A stretch of 64,000 bases of DNA from an uncultured Nitrososphaeraceae archaeon. Lineage in GTDB: Archaea; Thermoproteota; Nitrososphaeria; Nitrososphaerales; Nitrososphaeraceae. Positions 53,855-64,000 of the stretch are shown here, one piece after another (position 1 is the first letter of the stretch; each line of letters begins with the position of its first letter). The notes under the pieces are model-generated. The model made no database searches and had not been told where the DNA came from. It saw only the letters and a list, made by a program, of their open reading frames with translations. A program made the position numbers and the translations under genes. The DNA is taken from NCBI GenBank assembly GCA_963779615.1, contig CAVZZA010000005.1:576001-640000 (forward strand). The letters are read 5' to 3'.

Positions 53855-55190
53855 AAGTTATTGGCTCCTTAATTTTCAAGAGCCTAAAAGACAGTACAAA
53901 AACCAGGAATATGAAGCCAGCAGAAATCAGGAAATTGGATACCCCAATTGAATTATACAGCAACCCCCCTACAACCAATCCAATAATGCTAGCCAGGCTT
54001 CCAATGCTACTCGCAACACCCTGAACCGCCCCCTGATGAGTGGTCCCTGCAAACCGTGTGAGTATGGACATGAAAGATGGCCACATAAGGCCATTTCCTA
54101 ATGCAAACAGTATCACAGCCCCGAAAATCAATACAATGTTATCAGAGACAAAAAGGGTAAAATTTACACCCAAAATCAGGCTGCCAATTATGACCAGTTT
54201 CTCCTCAGAGAATTTTTGCAATGCTTTTCGCAGAACCGGTCCCTGAACCAAAATCATGACACCACCCAACACCGAATAAAATATCCCCATTTGCGTTATC
54301 GACCATTTCAGCCCGGCTACCGCATGAATTGGAAATGATGTGTAATAGATGTTAAATCCAAGGAAAATAAAGAAATACAACAGAAGCAAAAACGAAATGT
54401 GTTTTAGCTTGAAGACATCCTGGAATTTAAGGTTGGCAGGGTTTGGGGTTTTGTAGCATTCTTTGACCTCACATGAAAAAGCCTTTCTGATACTGTGTTG
54501 TTCGGGAATGGGTATTTCATCTACCGCTGACGCTGATCCTGCATTCGATTTTGACTCTTTTAAGGTGAGGCCGATTACGACCAATGCAATCAAGGAAACA
54601 ACCGTGGCTGCCACCACAGGCAAAATTTCCTTATAAATTGTTCCACCTAAAATCCCCGCCAACGCGGGACCTACAATAAATCCAAGGTTAGAGGAGATTG
54701 CCATTTTTCCAAAGTTTTTGCTTCTGTTTTTATCTGTTGAAACGTCGGCAAGATAGGCATTGGCAACGGAAATATTGCCCCCAGTTAACCCATCCAGAGA
54801 CCTAGCAAAAAACAATACAACTAATGGAAGGGTTATGGCAAACGTCCCAATAACGGAAGAGCTAATGCTAAAAAGGCTCGTGACAGGCAAAAAAAATGCA
54901 AAAAGGAAAATCAACCAGCCAACCAATGTTCCACCGTTACTCACTAAAAGAACTTTTTTTCTTCCGTAATCATCAGACCATTTTCCCAAAATTGGAGCCC
55001 CAACAAGCTGAAACAAAGGATACATCGCGGCAAGTATCCCATAAACTATTGAGTTGCCTCCAAAATCAATTACTAAAAATACCATAAAGGGTAAAACAAT
55101 ACTAAAACCCAGGGTTCCAATAAAGTTAGACAATAACAAAGGAAAAAGCGAAAGTTGTTTGTTTATAATGGACACATTTAAGTAAATCAC
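53855..55190 (-). CDS. MFS transporter (TetA/DHA1-like)
   Basis: GKWSDDYGRK, R.LDG.TGGN.SVA.AY.AD, GF..GP..G; 12 TM. Confidence 0.9.
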
Positions 55191-55464
55191 AGGTTTTAAT
55201 TTAAGAGTTTTTTAATGACGGTGCAAAGCGAATTGTGGATTTTAAGAATCGAATGTTCTGAACACGGAATGAATTGGGTCAGGATTGTCAAACTATTTGA
55301 AAGTAGTTTCATAGCCTGTCCTGCATTTTTTCACACCGAATGTATTGATTGCATAAAATAACGCTATTGCGCATGTTCCGATGTTAATGTGTGAAGGTGT
55401 TTAGAAGGCAGCATTACCATTTAGGGATTTAGAGAACCCATGATTCTAGGCAGAGGCAGTTTGG

Positions 55465-55653
55465 TTAAAAAAAGGTTTCCAGAATGGAAGGTGTTTGATT
55501 GATTTGTGACTGAGGCTGCTGCTGCTGCTGTGCTATTGCAATCTGGCAGTTATTTGAGCCGATTTCAAATACTGAAATGATAGTCGCAAAAATCATGAAA
55601 ACAAAGATTGCTGAAAAACGCGATGAATAAACCAGGCTCATCTCAACATTCAT
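55465..55653 (-). pseudogene. Orphan signal peptide plus polyQ N-terminus of a truncated secreted protein
   Basis: Hydrophobic leader, AIA-QQQQQPQ, then an immediate stop after a T-run. Confidence 0.4.
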
Positions 55654-56020
55654 CAGGGATTAACCATAGACCTGCATATATGTAAGGCCATAAAACACGT
55701 CAATGCTGTGTCATAAGATAATATCACCTATGCGCTCTTTCTATATGCATTATCTGGATTAAAAGACAGTAGAAGATGAATATAAAATTGTATCCGGGTG
55801 TAGAACCAAATCCGATATCTCTACTTAATCTCGGTAACCATAAGGTAACATGCCTAAACCCAGTCCTGTGCCTTTGCCCCCCCCTGTTGTAAAAAACGGT
55901 TCAAATGTGCGTGGTTGGACATTGTGGAATGTCTTGGCCATTGCCAGCTATTTCAACTATGATGTGATCCCAACAGAAATGCGTAATTACTGGAATCGGC
56001 ATTAATATACTGTACCAAAA

Positions 56021-56305
56021 TTGCTAGTGAAAGTAAACAGCATTAACGAAGGTGAGCACAAGGCAATGGTTACAATGCTTGATATTGATGATTACGGAAC
56101 AATAGTCCCATTGGATAATCTGGAACTTAACCTACCATTAAACGATAACTCAGTTATTCACATATTGAAAAATTCTGTGTATGCGGCCATTTTCACTGAA
56201 GGTGATTTTATCAACAAAGACGCAACCATAATCCTGGCAAACGGCATCACAATTGATGAGCTCAATGAGGAAAAAAATAAAACCATAGAAAGAAAAAGGA
56301 ATTAA
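56021..56305 (+). CDS. Hypothetical protein
   Basis: 94-aa ORF with globular composition and a TTG start. Confidence 0.55.
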   Translation: MLVKVNSINEGEHKAMVTMLDIDDYGTIVPLDNLELNLPLNDNSVIHILKNSVYAAIFTEGDFINKDATIILANGITIDELNEEKNKTIERKRN

Positions 56306-56423
56306 ATAGCCTTAGCATTGAAATTTATCCACCCCACTCGTTATAGCACATCATTCCTGGCAAAAACCTGATTTTTGCAATCTATTGAAATTCTATATCC
56401 ATGTAAAACAAATAACACGCATA

Positions 56424-57342
56424 ATGAAATTTAACAGCGTTATAACATTATCCGCTATAGCAATTTTGTTCCTTTTTGCAATATTCGAAACAAGGGCTTT
56501 TGAAGCATTTGGACAAGCAGAAAACAAAACGTTTGATATTGCCGCTGTTGGGGATATTGGTTGTGGTGGCAACGGAGCAAAATCAACATCATCAATACAA
56601 AACAATGCACCGGATTTATCCATATTTTTGGGAGATCTTTCTTACACATCAGACCTAAAGTGTTTTTTTACTCAAACCAAAGGTTTAGAGAACAATAACG
56701 CAGGGAGTTCGGTTTTAGCAGTAATTGGCAATCATGACACAGACAGTCGTGATGGAAGTGAAGTAACAAAAAAAGAGTTAATGGATCATTACAGAATACC
56801 CTCAGCAGGGTACTATAGCAAAACGTTTGACAATGGCAAGATTCTTGTCGTAGGTATGAATTTTACGGGTTTGGAATTAGAAAATGGTGGAGACAGTGCA
56901 GACTAAAAACACACTAGACAACGAGCAATATGCTTTTGTAAAAAAAACACTAGAAACATCCAACGCAACATTTAAAGTTATTGCAAGCCATGCGCCGTTT
57001 ATTTCGAAATTTTTTACACCGATTCCCTGTCACAGATCTTTGGAGATATTGGATAATGTTATTTTTACCAAGTATCAGGGCCTTTTTAAAAACACCGGAG
57101 TAAAACTGGTTTTGTCAGGACATAACCACAACTACCAAAGGGCCGAAAAAGACGGTGTCACGTATATCACTAGTGGACTTGGCGGAAGGAGCCAATACAA
57201 CGTAGCACAAAACGGGAGCCATTTTGCGGATGTCTATGGATCCCTGCATTTGACTTTTAACAATAGCTCAATGGATGGAAAGTTAATTCCCAATACCGGA
57301 ACCAACATTAAGGACCCATTTAAAATAGCACTATCAAGTTAA
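56424..57342 (+). CDS. Secreted metallophosphoesterase (purple acid phosphatase-like), frameshift near 56880-56905
   Basis: Signal peptide. GD.G, GDLSY and GNHD in ORF1; H.P and SGHNH in ORF2. Confidence 0.85.
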
Positions 57343-57780
57343 ATAAGACAAATCTTTTATTTTTTTATGCGGACATGTACATTTTTTTCTTCAAAGCCAT
57401 CAGCTTTAAAATACAATCAACAGCGAAAAAAATTTTTAAACTTTCCTATACCAAATAACATCCACACAATTTACAAAACTAACTTTATGTAAGAATATAG
57501 TCATCCATGCCATACTACAACATACAGACAACAGTCCTCTGATACCCCAAAATAAACCAAAATACAAATTCAAAATGCATTACTAATGTATGGAATATGC
57601 ACAGATGGGGCAATTTTAGATTTCAGGCAAACACCATATACACAACACCTTTTTTTGCTTTTTTATGCAATTATGCACAAATAAGAATGTCCCTTTGATG
57701 ATAACAGTTACATTTGCCTTTAGCGTAGGACTGCCCGGTGCCCCAGTTCGGCCATCCTTTAATCACACCATCCAGTAAAA

Positions 57781-58374
57781 TCATGCACCGGTTTTTTCCT
57801 CCTGCGAACCAAAAGGGGAGTATGCCAGAAAGTAGAAAGCAGGGTGAAGCGACAAACCCATTATTTTATCGGGTTTCACCTTTAATATGATGCGTTTGTC
57901 TTTTGGCTTTCGGTAAAAATACTTTCCAAAGCCCAGGTATTTCTGGGCAAGGGTTCGAAGGTGTTCATCCGCACCGATGGAAGTTTGCTCAATGACTCGC
58001 CCCTTTATCGACACCATGTTATAGGGATTGTATTGCTCCACTATGGAAATTGCAATTCTGGGATCTTTGTCCAAATGTCTTTTTTTTGCCGATATTTCAG
58101 AAGTATTTATCAAAATATTATTTTCCTCATCCATGTCCGACCATACCGGAGTAACATGCGGGGAGCCATCAGCGGACAAGGTAGATACAAAAGCCAAATT
58201 CCGGCCCTTAAACAATTTAGAGATGTCATCAACAGATATGGTGTTGTAATCCTCAGAAGCATGCTCCCCCTTCCCCCCATTTTCTCCATCCGAAGGTGCC
58301 TCATTTACGTTTGGCATGGAGTCCACTATCTCCACATGGTCAACAGGAATCCTTTTGTTTTCATTATTCATCAT
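57781..58374 (-). CDS. PPOX-class F420-dependent oxidoreductase (TIGR03618-like)
   Basis: STL..DGSPH.TPVW, INT....K......DPR.A.S, NPY..V...G, LA.KY.G. Confidence 0.88.
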   Translation of the reverse strand: MMNNENKRIPVDHVEIVDSMPNVNEAPSDGENGGKGEHASEDYNTISVDDISKLFKGRNLAFVSTLSADGSPHVTPVWSDMDEENNILINTSEISAKKRHLDKDPRIAISIVEQYNPYNMVSIKGRVIEQTSIGADEHLRTLAQKYLGFGKYFYRKPKDKRIILKVKPDKIMGLSLHPAFYFLAYSPFGSQEEKTGA

Positions 58375-59005
58375 ACTGAAAAATGTTTAAAGTTTTATTT
58401 AAGGTAGCCACCATCAGAACCACCACCCCCCCCAAGGGAGCTGCCATTATTTGAGTTGCGGATTGAAAAAATGTCCGCAATTTGCGTAATGCAAACATTG
58501 ATCACCATATAACTTTTCACGGTGTACTCAAGGATGCTTTTGATGTTTTATAGGGGTATTCTAATGAATGAACCAGGATCAAACTATACCTGATATTTTT
58601 TTGGAAACCCCCTTTTTTTGTTCAATTAAAAGGTTTGCCGATTCTGCAAAGGCATCACGATGCACTATTTGTGAACATTTATTAAATTGATAATATTCGT
58701 GTTCTTATTTATTGCATAAAGTCAATTGGATTCTGGTTATTTGAAGCGCTAGTGTAACCTTCAAGCGGTTTTTGCCTGCATGTTGGTTTCCGTTATCACC
58801 ATTCGACGTAATGCCTTTTTTTCATCAATCATTTAGCTAAACTGTGGTCATACCCATTTTTAAAAACACAGCAAGGATAAAGCCCACCCCTTTTTTTAAA
58901 AAAAATAACATCCAAGCCAATACCAAAATAAAGTATGTTTATGGGCACGGCAATTCCTCGCACCCCACAAAAGGAAAAAGTCATTAGCCCAACAGGGAAC
59001 AAAGA

Positions 59006-59293
59006 CTAAAAGTTATCGCCGAAATTCCTCATTCGAGAATCGACATCTTCTTGGGGACTCACTCCGGTGTCATGCTTATGTTCATTTTTGTGAACCCGCG
59101 CATCCATTTCTTTTTCGTGCTCCTCACGCACATGATGCAACCTATCTTTTTCATGGAGGAATTGTTTTTCACATTTACTGCATTTTAAAATTATGCTATG
59201 ATGCACATTTCTTGCATGGTCAATAAGTTCTTTGTATGTATCAAATTTTTCGCCGTCCTTATCACACTCAATTTTTTTATGAAAAAAATCCAC
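59006..59293 (-). CDS. Two-finger C2H2 zinc-finger protein
   Basis: CDKD...F.....L..H....H (first finger has C-x2-D) and CSKC...F........H....H. Confidence 0.75.
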   Translation of the reverse strand: MDFFHKKIECDKDGEKFDTYKELIDHARNVHHSIILKCSKCEKQFLHEKDRLHHVREEHEKEMDARVHKNEHKHDTGVSPQEDVDSRMRNFGDNF

Positions 59294-59722
59294 GAGTCTA
59301 GTATTGAAAAGATGCTATTTAATTCTTTTATCAAATAAAATGTCCCCCAAAAGCGTCGAGTTTGTTTATTATTTGGTTTGATTAACCTTTTTTTGCCATA
59401 TTATGACGATTTGTGCCAAATACGCATGATCAGTCACAATATTTTGAAGCCATACTTTTTTTTGACAGGACTACAACCAAATCCTCTAAACGCTTATCAA
59501 ATGGGTGGTATGCACACATAATTCTTGGTTTGCCTGTTTTAAATTTTTGTTATAGAGTTGAGATTTACTATGCGTTCTCACCTCTATATCCAGTTCTAAA
59601 CTTCTTTCTGATCCTTACATTCTAAACCTCTTCTTTCATTTTATAATCCGTTATTCTTAGGAAGACTAATGGGAGTTGTTAAAACGCATGCATAAAAAAA
59701 CAAATGAAATTATAAACACCAC

Positions 59723-60279
59723 TCAAAAAACTTTGGAATTTAACATGGGATTTAATGCATGCATTTGAAATCGGCCAGTATTGTCAACAAACACTAAATC
59801 ACAAATCTTGTTGCTTCTGGCAAGGACAGCTTCTATGGTCATCTTGTCATCGGAATCTAGTTCGTTGTAAGAGAACACTCTCCCTAACTCCCCGTTAACT
59901 GCAACTGGGGCCGCTTCTTTAACCACATCTTTCTCATCAGACGATTCATTGGATAGTTTTTTATCCACAAATTCCTTCAGGCCAATGTTAATATCAGGCA
60001 TTATCACAGATGTGGCGCCAAAATCTCGGCCCTTAAATTCCAAGATAGGGCTTTGATTGGAATCATTCAAAGAGTTGATCGATTTTACGCTCCTATCGGC
60101 AGGAAAATCGATACTGAATTTGTGTTCTGGGCCTGTGAAAGCTTCTTCCACTCCCCGTCCTCATCAACAACAGCATTAACTGTTTTCCATGTCGGAAGCG
60201 CGCCTTCTCCCCATCCTCCGCACACTATTATAGATGACACAGATATTATTGAAATAACTATTATCATTTTTGATATCAC
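59723..60279 (-). CDS. PsbP-like secreted protein, frameshifted near 60140
   Basis: Signal-like N-terminus in one frame; W..(F)TGPEHKFSIDFP...V.VNG..G...F.....ML.S in the next. Confidence 0.5.
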
Positions 60280-60684
60280 AATGCGCCACCATCCCTATAA
60301 AAAATCTTTTATACAACCTTGCCAATGCGAACACCCAGGTTTTGGGCCCTTCTGGAGGTTTCCAATGGCTGGCAAATTTATTTAAAGGGCATCCCATCGT
60401 TTTGTTTTTTCTACAACATTCTAATACACGGAGGATTGCGCTTTTAGCGATGCATCACTAATACCCACTACGGAATCAAATCCTTATTGACGATACCAAA
60501 ATCAACATCATAAAAATGTCTTTTTGCAGATAACTTCAAGTTATCCAATAGTATGGAACAACCATACAAATACAAATTCATTAAAAATGTAAAGAAATGG
60601 TCGGAACAAGTGAGCAAGTGAGGCATTGAAATACGAAGGCAATAGGAACCCCATATTCAATTTTAGAGATTGCGGTTTTCAGAC

Positions 60685-61203
60685 TCACTCATCTTTGGCT
60701 GTTGGGTGCCAAACATTAACAAGGGTATTATTGTTCCTTTCACTGACAAGATCCCTCCAACTTTTTACCTTTACATCTATTTGAGCAAGAGAACACGTCT
60801 TCATCATTTCTATCATATTTGTTAGTTTTTCAACCAAATCTTCAACTGCGGGGTTGTGTCCAACAATCAGGACCCTGCGATAATTATCAGGAACAACACT
60901 TAGAACTTTAACATATTGTTCTGCCGAGGCTTGGTATAACAGCGAATCATGATTTATTTCCCCCTCATATCCACAAAATTCTGCAACGGTTTTAGCGGTA
61001 TCTACTGCTCGTTTGGCAGTAGAGCTTATGATATAATCGGGAACAAGGTGAAGTTCCTTCAACAATATCCCCATTTCAGGGCCCTGTTTTTTTCCGCGTT
61101 TGTTAAGGGGCCTCTCATGGTCAGGTATGTCACCATATTTTAAACTAGATTTTGCGTGTCTAAGTACAAGAAGAACTTTTTTTTTGTCGTCAGTTAATGG
61201 CAT
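60685..61203 (-). CDS. sixA: SixA-type phosphohistidine phosphatase
   Basis: LRHAKS, D.ERPL..RG, SS.A.RA..TA, VGHNP. Confidence 0.88.
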   Translation of the reverse strand: MPLTDDKKKVLLVLRHAKSSLKYGDIPDHERPLNKRGKKQGPEMGILLKELHLVPDYIISSTAKRAVDTAKTVAEFCGYEGEINHDSLLYQASAEQYVKVLSVVPDNYRRVLIVGHNPAVEDLVEKLTNMIEMMKTCSLAQIDVKVKSWRDLVSERNNNTLVNVWHPTAKDE

Positions 61204-61515
61204 CTAGTCTAATCACAAAATAAAACATCATCACTCTAATATACAATGCGATTTGGTTGATGTAAACATTTGAGCATGAATATTTTATCATGATTCACCA
61301 CGATGTTTTTTGCGATTCGATTTGCAAGCCAGGAGTTAGAGTTTTCATTTCTTTTTTCTCCTTTTTAGATGTGAAAAAAAGTTTTTCGTCATGCTTTTCC
61401 ATTTAAGGGGATAAGGCAAATTGTTAAAAAACGGGCACCATTCAGCCTCATCTACCATATCATCAGGTATAAAAAATAATTTTTGGAAATAAAAACAAGT
61501 AAACGAATTGATTAA

Positions 61516-62010
61516 CTACATCATTATCCTTTTGTTGATTTCATCAACAAGAAAATTTATTTCTTTTACATGCTTTCCGCTCCAGTAAATTTTTTGGCAA
61601 TTAACGCATTTAAAGAATATGTCGATACTTTCAAATACTTTTCTAGGAACGACATTTGCCAAAAGTGACGAATCTGAAACGGTTTCTAGATCCCCATTGC
61701 ATAGTGTGCATCTTGTGTTTTTATTTGGAACATGTAAAATACAGCCAATGTCACATTCTTTCATTACTGCAACCAGGCTTTCCAATTCATTTTCCAAATC
61801 AATTAGAAAACAGGGAATGTTTGATTTAAGAGATCTTTTGTAAAGTTCCCTGTCTTTTGTTAAAAAAAATCGTTTCTCATCCAAGCAAATATTAATTATG
61901 GCGTTATCATCAGTGTCCGCAAAATAAAGGGTGTCAAAACCAAACATTCTTAGCTTTTTTGCAATTTTCCCAAGCATTCCATCTACTGCAAATTTTGGAT
62001 ATACGCTAAC
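61516..62010 (-). CDS. Mut7-C (PIN-like RNase) domain protein
   Basis: F.VD.MLG..A..LR..G.DT, LT.D..L, RC..CN..L, C..C...YW.G.H. The conserved FAVD lies upstream of the track ATG, so the true start is uncertain. Confidence 0.85.
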   Translation of the reverse strand, partial: VSVYPKFAVDGMLGKIAKKLRMFGFDTLYFADTDDNAIINICLDEKRFFLTKDRELYKRSLKSNIPCFLIDLENELESLVAVMKECDIGCILHVPNKNTRCTLCNGDLETVSDSSLLANVVPRKVFESIDIFFKCVNCQKIYWSGKHVKEINFLVDEINKRIMM

Positions 62011-62521
62011 TAATACAAGGCACAGAATTAAACCTGCTGTTCTATGGCAAACGATATTTTTGCAGGATTTGTAAAATAAACCAACAAGATAAGAAGAATG
62101 TCACTACGAAAAAGAATTGCGAATACACATCCTGCAGCTATTGAAAAAAGGCATCAAATAAAGTTCGGACCACTTTGCCTTGATCTATAGTAAATCAAAC
62201 AATAGAACAATTTCTAAAGGGTCTTGAAAACTTGGTGTAAAGCCCTAATGGCCAATTGATATTTTAAAAAATTGTGGTGATGCCTTCATGTATTAACTTT
62301 ATGCAAATGTGACCATTCCAGGTCTGCGCATTTTAGCCATTGAATCGCTTTTTCCAAAACAAAAATTTGAAATAAAAGTTCATCAATATATATTTTTTTT
62401 AGTTTTCACTGCAGGGTTCATTTGGTGGTGACGAGACGGGCAAAGATGGCATGCAAACAACAGGCTCTATTTTACAATTGGGGAACATCACCCATGGAAA
62501 ATCTTTATAGAATATATTAAC

Positions 62522-64000
62522 ATGGATAGAAAAAAAGTATTATTGAAGACCCTGTATTTTTTCCTGGCAGTAGCCATTGCGATAATCGCAGTAAACTACA
62601 TCATCATTTCCGCTGACTCGGGCATCAAAATAATCTACTCAAGCTGGGTACTGATAATAAATTCCCTTATTGCAGCAGGGCTTTCTGTGATGACTCTCCT
62701 AAAGGAAAGAGGCAAAATCAAAAGGGACAAAACCACAATTCACTTGACATTTGCCCTTGTCTTCTGGTTTCTAGCAAACATAATCTGGGGGTATTATGAA
62801 ATAGTGCTTGATATCGTATCGCCTGTTCCTTCCCTTGCTGATCTATTCTTGTTGTCTGCATACGGATTTGCGATATATAGACTGGCAATAACATATAAAA
62901 ATCTCGAACACAATGCGGATAAAAAAATTATTTTCCTCATAGTTTTAGGCACGGGTTTGTTTTTGGCATACATACTTAACCTGACCCTAAACCTAACTGA
63001 AACGTCAAGTTTCAGGGGCCTTATGCTCTTCGCTGTCACAATAGCATATCCCACGCTAAATTCAATTTTGACCGTTCTGGCTTTGATGATCCTTTTTGAA
63101 ATAAAGAGTGAAAGGCATCACTTTGTCCCGTGGATATGCGAGCTGGTTGCATTTTTATCAGTAGTTGTGGGAGACAGCTGGTTTGCAATCATTGTTCTAA
63201 CTACCAATGTTGAACAATTGTGGATCTCTGCGTTGTTACTGTCTGCACACTATTTGTTGATTGCAGGAGGGCTTGTGTATTACCTCCGGCATCATATTGA
63301 ATGGCATCCAAAGGATCTTGTTTACAAGGCTGTGTCGATGATAAGAAAGAGAGCCCCCAAAAAGGTCCTGCTTTATTCCCTCATAGTTGGATCTTTTTTG
63401 ATATTTGTTGGCATGTATTCCACAAATGCTTTCAGCGGTAACGGTGATAACCATTTCATCAATAAAAGGGCATCCGACATTCAGGCCTCTTTCTCATCCT
63501 CAAACCATGGCAATGGAGGAAAGGAATTTGTTGTTGGGGCCATTCTGCCCTTTACTGGCTCATTTTCCTCAATAGGCAAACCTGTCAAGGTAGCGTTAGA
63601 AAAAGCTGAATATGACGTGAACAAGCATTTCCAGGATGCAAATTCACCAGTCCGTTTTAATTTGCTCATGGCTGACTCAAAGACAAGTTCAGAGGAGAGT
63701 CTTGCATCGGTAAAAAAACTGCATGAGAGTGGTGCAAAAATCATTGTGGGGCCGGCAACAAGCACTGCAGTTTCAGCAGCAAAAGAGTATGCAGATAAAA
63801 ACAACATAACACTGATTAGTTATTCCAGCACTTCGCCATTGCTTTCCATAGAGGGAGACAATCTCTTTCGCTTGGTTCCAGATGACACATACCAGGGAAA
63901 AATAATTGCCGAGAGAATGATTCAAGATGGCATAAAAGTCATTGTTCCACTTTATAGAGGCGACATTTATGGAAGTGAGCTGTATAAATCCACAAAGTCT
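62522..64000 (+). CDS. Multi-pass membrane protein (about 9 TM) fused to a LIV-BP/Venus-flytrap substrate-binding domain (3' end outside window)
   Basis: Manual translation from ATG 62522 stays in frame to 64000. TM region has W...Y...P.PSLADLF, AYP and GD motifs, followed by VGAILPFTGSFSSIG...ADSK...IVGPATS...ISYSSTSP.LS...NLFRLVPDD..QG. Confidence 0.85.
   Translation, partial: MDRKKVLLKTLYFFLAVAIAIIAVNYIIISADSGIKIIYSSWVLIINSLIAAGLSVMTLLKERGKIKRDKTTIHLTFALVFWFLANIIWGYYEIVLDIVSPVPSLADLFLLSAYGFAIYRLAITYKNLEHNADKKIIFLIVLGTGLFLAYILNLTLNLTETSSFRGLMLFAVTIAYPTLNSILTVLALMILFEIKSERHHFVPWICELVAFLSVVVGDSWFAIIVLTTNVEQLWISALLLSAHYLLIAGGLVYYLRHHIEWHPKDLVYKAVSMIRKRAPKKVLLYSLIVGSFLIFVGMYSTNAFSGNGDNHFINKRASDIQASFSSSNHGNGGKEFVVGAILPFTGSFSSIGKPVKVALEKAEYDVNKHFQDANSPVRFNLLMADSKTSSEESLASVKKLHESGAKIIVGPATSTAVSAAKEYADKNNITLISYSSTSPLLSIEGDNLFRLVPDDTYQGKIIAERMIQDGIKVIVPLYRGDIYGSELYKSTKS

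Noticed and set aside
55850-56005. 51-aa proline-rich ORF upstream of 56021
   Set aside because: Depends on a C8 homopolymer and has no recognisable family; unsupported.

Overview
AT-rich archaeal DNA whose gene content points to a soil ammonia-oxidising archaeon of the Nitrososphaeraceae, Nitrosocosmicus-like; this assignment is inferred from gene families. Supporting genes include F420-dependent LLM and PPOX oxidoreductases, soluble histidine kinases, MEDS-REC proteins, a secreted Cam-type gamma carbonic anhydrase, C2H2 zinc fingers and polyQ linkers after signal peptides. This is an accessory, decaying region with no rRNA, no complete tRNA and no CRISPR array. It carries a five-gene signalling cluster (12.9-19.9 kb) and a surface protein with about five identical GC-rich 279-bp Ig-like repeats. 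Mobile DNA includes a complete IS6 with 16-bp TIRs and an 8-bp target duplication, an IS5 remnant next to a truncated GH5 gene, a tyrosine-integrase relic and a tRNA 3'-end fragment. An uncharacterised HTH/coiled-coil gene occurs three times; two copies share a near-identical upstream region rich in AAAAACAAC motifs. An ORF missing from the track runs off the right edge and fuses about nine TM helices to a Venus-flytrap (LIV-BP-like) domain. Many intergenic stretches hold recognisable pseudogene relics. Several otherwise intact genes have single-base frameshifts that may be long-read errors.
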